DNA of 64,000 nucleotides from Candidatus Latescibacterota bacterium (GTDB lineage Bacteria; Latescibacterota; UBA2968; UBA8231): NCBI GenBank assembly GCA_965248265.1, contig CBDFJF010000001.1, positions 640,001 to 704,000 of the forward strand, read 5' to 3'. Shown piece by piece: positions 59,015 to 64,000 of this stretch (position 1 is its first letter; each line of letters starts with the position of its first letter). The notes under the pieces were generated by a model. It saw only the letters and a program-made list of their open reading frames with translations, ran no database searches and was not told where the DNA came from. The position numbers and the translations under genes were made by a program.

Positions 59015-59629
59015 ATGAGGTGGTTGATTTTCATAGTGGCTTTTTCAGCATCATCGGCTTTTGCCGAGTCAGACGACTCAATGGGGCACTTGATGAACCA
59101 GCCGATGGCGGTGTGGGATTCTGGCATGGATCAACTAGGTGAATTCTTGGAGCAGCAAAAGACCCTGATCGTCCCCCACACGCCTGATGGCCATCTCGAG
59201 ATCCTTGATGAGTTTGATGAGGGATATCCCCACACAGTCTGGAGTGTCGTCCGCGTGGGCTACCGGTCGGATGAGAACCGCATCGGGATTTCGTATATGC
59301 TGGTATCCGAGTCACCATTCCCGTTGGAGCTGGCAAAAGTTGCGGTTAGGACAGTAGTCGACGGTGCGAAGGCCTTTTTGAGTGTCAGGTCAGACGGTGG
59401 TGCGGTGGTTCTGCCAGGGAGATTTCGGCGCAGAGTGGCGGAGTTCTTCGAGATTCACGCCGCCGACAATCCCAGCCTGACCGGGGAATTGGTTGAGGCC
59501 TTTGACCAGATGACTACCATTCACGTCACTTTCTTGCATCCAGACCGACGATCTATCATCCTCGAAGCTCAGTCGCCCCTACTCGGTACCGATATCCACT
59601 GGCTGGAAATCCCTGAAAAACAGAGCTGA
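59015..59629 (+). CDS. Secreted hypothetical protein (paralog of 37367-37870)
   Basis: RBS AAGGAG, signal peptide, LMNQPMAVWDSG, SPLLGTDI. Confidence 0.65.
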   Translation: MRWLIFIVAFSASSAFAESDDSMGHLMNQPMAVWDSGMDQLGEFLEQQKTLIVPHTPDGHLEILDEFDEGYPHTVWSVVRVGYRSDENRIGISYMLVSESPFPLELAKVAVRTVVDGAKAFLSVRSDGGAVVLPGRFRRRVAEFFEIHAADNPSLTGELVEAFDQMTTIHVTFLHPDRRSIILEAQSPLLGTDIHWLEIPEKQS

Positions 59630-59670
59630 GTCAATATTCTTTGACAGCCCTTGAGAGCCAGAGGTTGTCC

Positions 59671-59701
59671 ACGGTAATCAGATTGGAAGAGCGATTACCG
59701 C
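59671..59701. repeat. 31-bp two-arm site
   Basis: ACGGTAATCAGA-TTGGAAG-AGCGATTACCGC. Confidence 0.85.
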
Positions 59702-59816
59702 CATATTGGGTCGAAAGACGCCGTAGCCACAGATATCTGGGGATTGAAGGCATCCCGTTGAAACAGGAACGGCACGCCGATGTCTGCGCGACGAATTCGC
59801 TTTGATCAGGAGCAGC

Positions 59817-60260
59817 ATGATGAGTGACCAGAACCAGCATTTTCACTACCGCAAAATACCCCAGATGGGAGAAGAGGCCCTCGGCGATTGGCTCTACCCC
59901 AATGCCCTTTACGGCGGCGGCTGTTGCGCCGGTGACCGAGCCTGCATCCAAATAGAGGGAAAGACCGAAGACTCTCTGGAACTGGTGAGCACGTTCTATT
60001 GGCGCAAATGCGGTTTTGACGGCGAACCCAAGGAAGCGACGTCCACCTGCGCCCTGGAAGGGAACAGACCCTGGTTCATGTTCCGGGCTCCTTACGAAAC
60101 CGCCGGTGGCGCGCAGGTTCGGGTCATCACCCACATCACCTCGGAGCGCTCGATCACTGTCGTTGCCATGCCCAGCGCCGAAGAGGGTTGGGTTCACCTA
60201 GATATCACCCGCGTCCCACACCAGAGCACATGGTGGAACGATCCTGACCCTGAGAGCTGA
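59817..60260 (+). CDS. Hypothetical protein
   Basis: RBS AGGAG; followed by a terminator. Confidence 0.55.
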   Translation: MMSDQNQHFHYRKIPQMGEEALGDWLYPNALYGGGCCAGDRACIQIEGKTEDSLELVSTFYWRKCGFDGEPKEATSTCALEGNRPWFMFRAPYETAGGAQVRVITHITSERSITVVAMPSAEEGWVHLDITRVPHQSTWWNDPDPES

Positions 60261-60275
60261 AATCGCCCGAAGTAG

Positions 60276-60312
60276 AAACCCTCCCGGATCGTAGTGCTCC
60301 GGGAGGGTTTTT
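60276..60312 (+). terminator. Rho-independent terminator
   Basis: AAACCCTCCCGGA-N9-TCCGGGAGGGTTTTT. Confidence 0.8.
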
Positions 60313-60334
60313 CCTGGCGGCAGGACCTCTCATA

Positions 60335-60365
60335 CCGGTAATCGGTTTGATGGTCCGACGGTCAC
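60335..60365. repeat. 31-bp two-arm site
   Basis: CCGGTAATCGGT-TTGATGG-TCCGACGGTCAC. Confidence 0.8.
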
Positions 60366-60512
60366 TTCCCTCGCGCCGGTTGCGTTGGCCGAAGGATTCG
60401 GCCGCCAGCGGCTTGGTGGTGGAGCTCGGTGCAGCGCGGCTCTTCAGCGTTCCAACCGGGTTGCAGTACGGCGATCCGCACCGGCCAAGCCTGACGAGGT
60501 AGTGGAGGAGTG

Positions 60513-61343
60513 CTAATCACCCACACCTTTCGCTTTCAGCTTGCGGCTCTGTCTCTCACACAGCTTCTCCATTTCATGATAGTGATGGATCGAGTCATCC
60601 AGGCTCGCGTACACCTCGGCACCTGACCGAGCGTACTCGAGGGACACCTCTGCTTCGCCTAGCTGCTCAGAGAGCACGGACAGGCAGTAATATGCGTTCC
60701 CCAAAGGGCTGCCCCTCAGCTCCGGAATTAGCTCCTCGAGGGCCGTCACCTTGGCCGTCGTCTCAATCTCCGTGTCGAAGTAGATCGACTCCACAGGACG
60801 ATCGCCGTACGACATGCCCCAACTGCTGTGAAGCCGTCCATATTCGTAAGGATGCAGCGCGATGGCCGCTGCACGCCAGATCGCGACTCGCTCTGCCGGG
60901 TTCCGCGCACGCTTGATCTCATCCGGCATTAGGTACCCTTGGCGAACGAGAGGATGGGTCCATCCCCGCGCCCAGAAGGTGAATACGAACCCCGGCCTCG
61001 ACGTCGCGTCTTTCACTTCCATGGCGATGAATCGCCGGTTCGGCGCCTCGAGCAGCGCGGTGATCTGTTTTTCGACCAAGTCTCTCTTGCCAGCGCGAGT
61101 GGCGAGCCAGAGAATGGAGACCTCGAGGCCTGCTTCGTATTGCACCTGCAACGAATCCACCGCGAGGCGTCCACGCATGGCGAGGAAACCGTCGAGCGCC
61201 TCCTCGTGTCGCTTCTGCTCGTCGCTCAGGGACTGGATTTCCTCCAGTGCCATGGTGAACTCCGGCAGTGGGAGCTTCCGGGTGGTGGCGCATGCCGACA
61301 GACACGTCGACACCGCACAGAAGAGGGCGAGCAGCGTCTTCAT
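60513..61343 (-). CDS. Hypothetical lipoprotein
   Basis: Lipobox LSAC, RBS GGAGG. Confidence 0.6.
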   Translation of the reverse strand: MKTLLALFCAVSTCLSACATTRKLPLPEFTMALEEIQSLSDEQKRHEEALDGFLAMRGRLAVDSLQVQYEAGLEVSILWLATRAGKRDLVEKQITALLEAPNRRFIAMEVKDATSRPGFVFTFWARGWTHPLVRQGYLMPDEIKRARNPAERVAIWRAAAIALHPYEYGRLHSSWGMSYGDRPVESIYFDTEIETTAKVTALEELIPELRGSPLGNAYYCLSVLSEQLGEAEVSLEYARSGAEVYASLDDSIHHYHEMEKLCERQSRKLKAKGVGD

Positions 61344-61841
61344 GGTTTCCCTCCATCCGAGAGCCTATCGCTTAAGCAGCGTCGAGCTCTACCCCTTGAT
61401 GAATGGTCGCTGACGATGAGGATGCCGTCGCCGTACACGCAGAGGTCATGGGCTCGTTGAGGCAGGTTTTGGGTGCCGCAGGTTGTTCCGCGATGGCAAG
61501 GAGCGGGGCCAGGCATCAAAATGAGTTGTTTCGAGGTTGGTCTCCGCCCCTCCATATTTGCATCACAGTAAAGATTCCTCCTTGCGAACACACCCATTTT
61601 GTGGTGCATGCCTCCCGGCCAACGCCGGTCCAAATATGGAGGAAGGACGGCAAAAGGCGCCATGGACGTGACACCGCTGTAGCAAGGAGTACAAGCTCTG
61701 CAAAGCCCGCTCTGGACGCTCGATGCGTGGAGACGCACCACCACGCGGGGGCCGTCCTCTCGCAGCAGATTATCAGCGGCGGACTGACGAGCGGCAACGG
61801 CGAAGCTAGTCCATCGCCGCCTATTCCCGGGTTTTCCCGCG

Positions 61842-61901
61842 GTGGGAATCAGTCAAACGTGCGATGCCCGACGGGTATCTCCGTGATATGGTGATGGTCG
61901 T
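61842..61901. repeat. Four-arm site B
   Basis: 37/44 identical to site A over 61846-61889; core ACGGGTATCTCC-GTGATAT-GGTGATGGTCGT. Confidence 0.82.
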
Positions 61902-61908
61902 CGGCCTC

Positions 61909-62661
61909 TCACCGACCAGATTCCGCTGCCAACTTCACCATGCCCATGAGCTCGTCACGCACAGACCGCTTGTCTTGGAGTCGGGACTCGATGATTTGGA
62001 ACTGCGGGGGGAAATCCGACCGCACAACCTCGTGGACATCCGCCTCTCCCTTGATTCGTATGCCCTCGACGGACAGTTGCTCGGGGGGGACGCGTTCCAC
62101 ACAGATGAGTAGCTCCAGATACCCCTGATTCATCAGGAGCTGATCGTGGCGGATCTCGCGATTCACGTCGAACGAGAGGCTGGTCTGCCAGTAGGCACCC
62201 GAACAGGTCGGCTCGATCACCGTCTCATAGTAGCGCCTGCGCTCAACTGAATCGAGGTAACCAGCTTCAGATGGGCAATACACCCAATCGGAGAACTGAT
62301 TGCAGCATACCCACGTCCGGTCCGTGATGTCCTTGGTAGCCCTGATACCAAGAAACACCTGAGTGACGGTGCCACCTGGCAGTGGGGTAGTGCTGCCATG
62401 TCGCCGACGGTTGAGATATCCGAAGATGCAACGTCGTGGATCGACCCAATCGGGAATGCTCGGAGGACGATGCCGTACGTGAGCATCGTAGATCGTGTGA
62501 TGCTGATCCTCTGGATCCTGCGTGTGGCCCGCTACCAATCCCTCCTGGTAAATGCTGGGCAGCGCCTCCGGGTTGGCTCCGTGGTACAAGAGATTGGTGT
62601 CTTCGAAGTCGGGGAACAGCCAGTTCATCTGCTCCCACTCCATGATGCCAATTCGTCGCAT
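61909..62661 (-). CDS. Hypothetical protein, possible ADP-ribosyltransferase fold
   Basis: LYHGA....L.SI..EGL at the N-terminus and ELL....VPPEQL near the C-terminus. Confidence 0.55.
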   Translation of the reverse strand: MRRIGIMEWEQMNWLFPDFEDTNLLYHGANPEALPSIYQEGLVAGHTQDPEDQHHTIYDAHVRHRPPSIPDWVDPRRCIFGYLNRRRHGSTTPLPGGTVTQVFLGIRATKDITDRTWVCCNQFSDWVYCPSEAGYLDSVERRRYYETVIEPTCSGAYWQTSLSFDVNREIRHDQLLMNQGYLELLICVERVPPEQLSVEGIRIKGEADVHEVVRSDFPPQFQIIESRLQDKRSVRDELMGMVKLAAESGR

Positions 62662-62765
62662 TCGAACAGCTCCGAAACCGGTGAAGGTCTGGCGACCCGT
62701 GCAGGCCCACGCCTTAGGAAACAGTGCAGCGTGAACCTCGTCAAGATTGGCTGCAAGACCGATAA

Positions 62766-62825
62766 GCGCGAATCAGTCGAATATCCGATGCTCGCCGAGC
62801 ATCGGAGTCTTGCAATGACGTCTGT
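62766..62825. repeat. Four-arm recombinase-proximal site C
   Basis: GAATCAGTCGAATA then perfect palindrome TCCGATGCTCG-C-CGAGCATCGGA, spacer GTCTTGC, arm AATGACGTCTGT. Confidence 0.8.
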
Positions 62826-62843
62826 CGAAGTCGGTCCCGCCTC

Positions 62844-63191
62844 TCAGTTGTCGCGCTCTGCCCGCAGTCGCTGTCCTGTTTGCTTCAATGCCTGTCCCTC
62901 AACAATGAACAAGTGAGCTTGTTGACGCAGATACTCCTGTGTGTCAGCGAGATCTTCTCCGTCCTGGGCATACCAGAATCCGCTTCCCACAGTGCACACC
63001 GGGTGTTTCTCGTCCCAGAGTCTCTCGACAATTGCCCAAACCTGCTCCCATTCCAACTCGCATTGATTCCCGAGATAGTCGGAAGAAACCGGTGACGATC
63101 GTGTCCGAATTGTTATCAACCCCAAAATCGCGTCCTTGGAACGCGCCAGTTCAGGCGACCATTCGGGAATATGCTCTGGCATCCACTCCAT
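62844..63191 (-). CDS. Winged-helix + coiled-coil-like protein
   Basis: HPVCTVGSGFWYAQDGEDL; same position after the recombinase as 45310-45672; RBS GAGGAGG. Confidence 0.6.
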   Translation of the reverse strand: MEWMPEHIPEWSPELARSKDAILGLITIRTRSSPVSSDYLGNQCELEWEQVWAIVERLWDEKHPVCTVGSGFWYAQDGEDLADTQEYLRQQAHLFIVEGQALKQTGQRLRAERDN

Positions 63192-63262
63192 TCGATTCCT
63201 CCTCGTTCAGTTATGAATCACTCTCGTTACCTGTAGCAATATCATGAGACGAACTCGACCTT

Positions 63263-64000
63263 TCAGTTCAGCGACTGAATGGCGTCTACAAGCTGCTGAG
63301 GGCGTGCCTTCGCGTATCTGAGCACCATGGAAAAGGATTTGTGCCCCATTAATTCCATGATCCGGTCGAGCGGCACACCGCGATCTCTGAGCCTCGAGGC
63401 GAATGTGTGACGAAGCTGGTGCGTGTGGACGTGACCCACGTTCGCCCGCAGACCAGCGCTATGTAACGACCTCTTGATATCCCCGAATGCGATGACAAGC
63501 TGCGCGGGCTGCGTCAGTGCTGGCTCCAGTGTCATCAAAAGCGACCGGACTCGATCCGTCATCGGGATCACCCTGTAATCTTTGTTCTTCGACTGCCGCA
63601 CCGTCACGGTCCCGACCTCGAAATCCACATCGCGCCAGGCCAACCGCTGTAGCTCGGACCGCCTCATTCCTGTATCCGCCGCCAGAATCACTACGTGACG
63701 GGTGCGCTCAGGGCACTCAGCGATCAGGGCATCGAGCTCACTGTCACTCAGGGCTTCAGGCACACGACTCTGTTCCTTGAGCATCGTGAGCCTTGAAGCA
63801 GGACTCTCGGAGATGTAGTCCCAGTTGCAGGCGGTCTTGAACAGCGTCTTCAGCGTCGCCAGATAACGGTTCGTAGTGGCTATCGTGACGCCATCGACAT
63901 TCCGTCGGCGAGTTAGATACCGCTCAATCTGGCGGGTGGTGATGGATTCGAGGGGTTGGTCGCCGAACTCCTCATCCAGCTTACTGAGCATCCCGGACAG
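63263..64000 (-). CDS. Tyrosine recombinase, paralog of 45700-46638 (5' end outside the window)
   Basis: TGMRRSE, QSKNK, HQLRHTFA, LMGH, LRY. Confidence 0.93.
   Translation of the reverse strand: MSGMLSKLDEEFGDQPLESITTRQIERYLTRRRNVDGVTIATTNRYLATLKTLFKTACNWDYISESPASRLTMLKEQSRVPEALSDSELDALIAECPERTRHVVILAADTGMRRSELQRLAWRDVDFEVGTVTVRQSKNKDYRVIPMTDRVRSLLMTLEPALTQPAQLVIAFGDIKRSLHSAGLRANVGHVHTHQLRHTFASRLRDRGVPLDRIMELMGHKSFSMVLRYAKARPQQLVDAIQSLN

Larger units (their letters stand above)
48603..64000. mobile_element. Genomic island 2 (continues beyond the window)
   Basis: Same layout as island 1: att core, LSR remnant, cargo with two-arm sites, tyrosine recombinase module. Confidence 0.7.

Noticed and set aside
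11960-62825. The dispersed 31-bp sites as a CRISPR array or terminators
   Set aside because: Copies are separated by whole genes, are degenerate, lack U-tracts and keep a fixed 7-bp spacer rather than maximal pairing.

Overview
GC-rich bacterial DNA; the ECF-sigma expansion and cargo types suggest a Latescibacterota/Poribacteria-like host (inference). Bases 1-6400 are core genome: RND efflux operon, YIP1 gene, then tRNA-Glu(CTC) at 6463-6538. The rest is two tandem islands at the tRNA 3' end, separated by a second copy of the 9-bp core GGGCTACCA (6530-6538 and 48594-48602). Each island starts with a truncated large serine recombinase (LSR) and carries a tyrosine recombinase + winged-helix module at its right side. 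Main discovery: about 25 copies of a 31-bp site (two inverted 12-bp arms, 7-bp variable spacer; core RTC-N13-GAY) lie almost only between cargo genes and cut the islands into mostly 1-4 gene modules. Four-arm versions lie next to the tyrosine recombinase modules, which suggests an integron-like gene-capture array using neither IntI nor attC. Three group II introns are inserted at the same position of this site. Joining the ends of island 1 would fuse the LSR remnant in frame to an HTH domain 42 kb away. Five ECF sigma fusions (FliM-like, beta-clamp-like, TPR) each carry an internal Shine-Dalgarno + in-frame ATG at the domain boundary. All calls were made by eye; no database searches were run.
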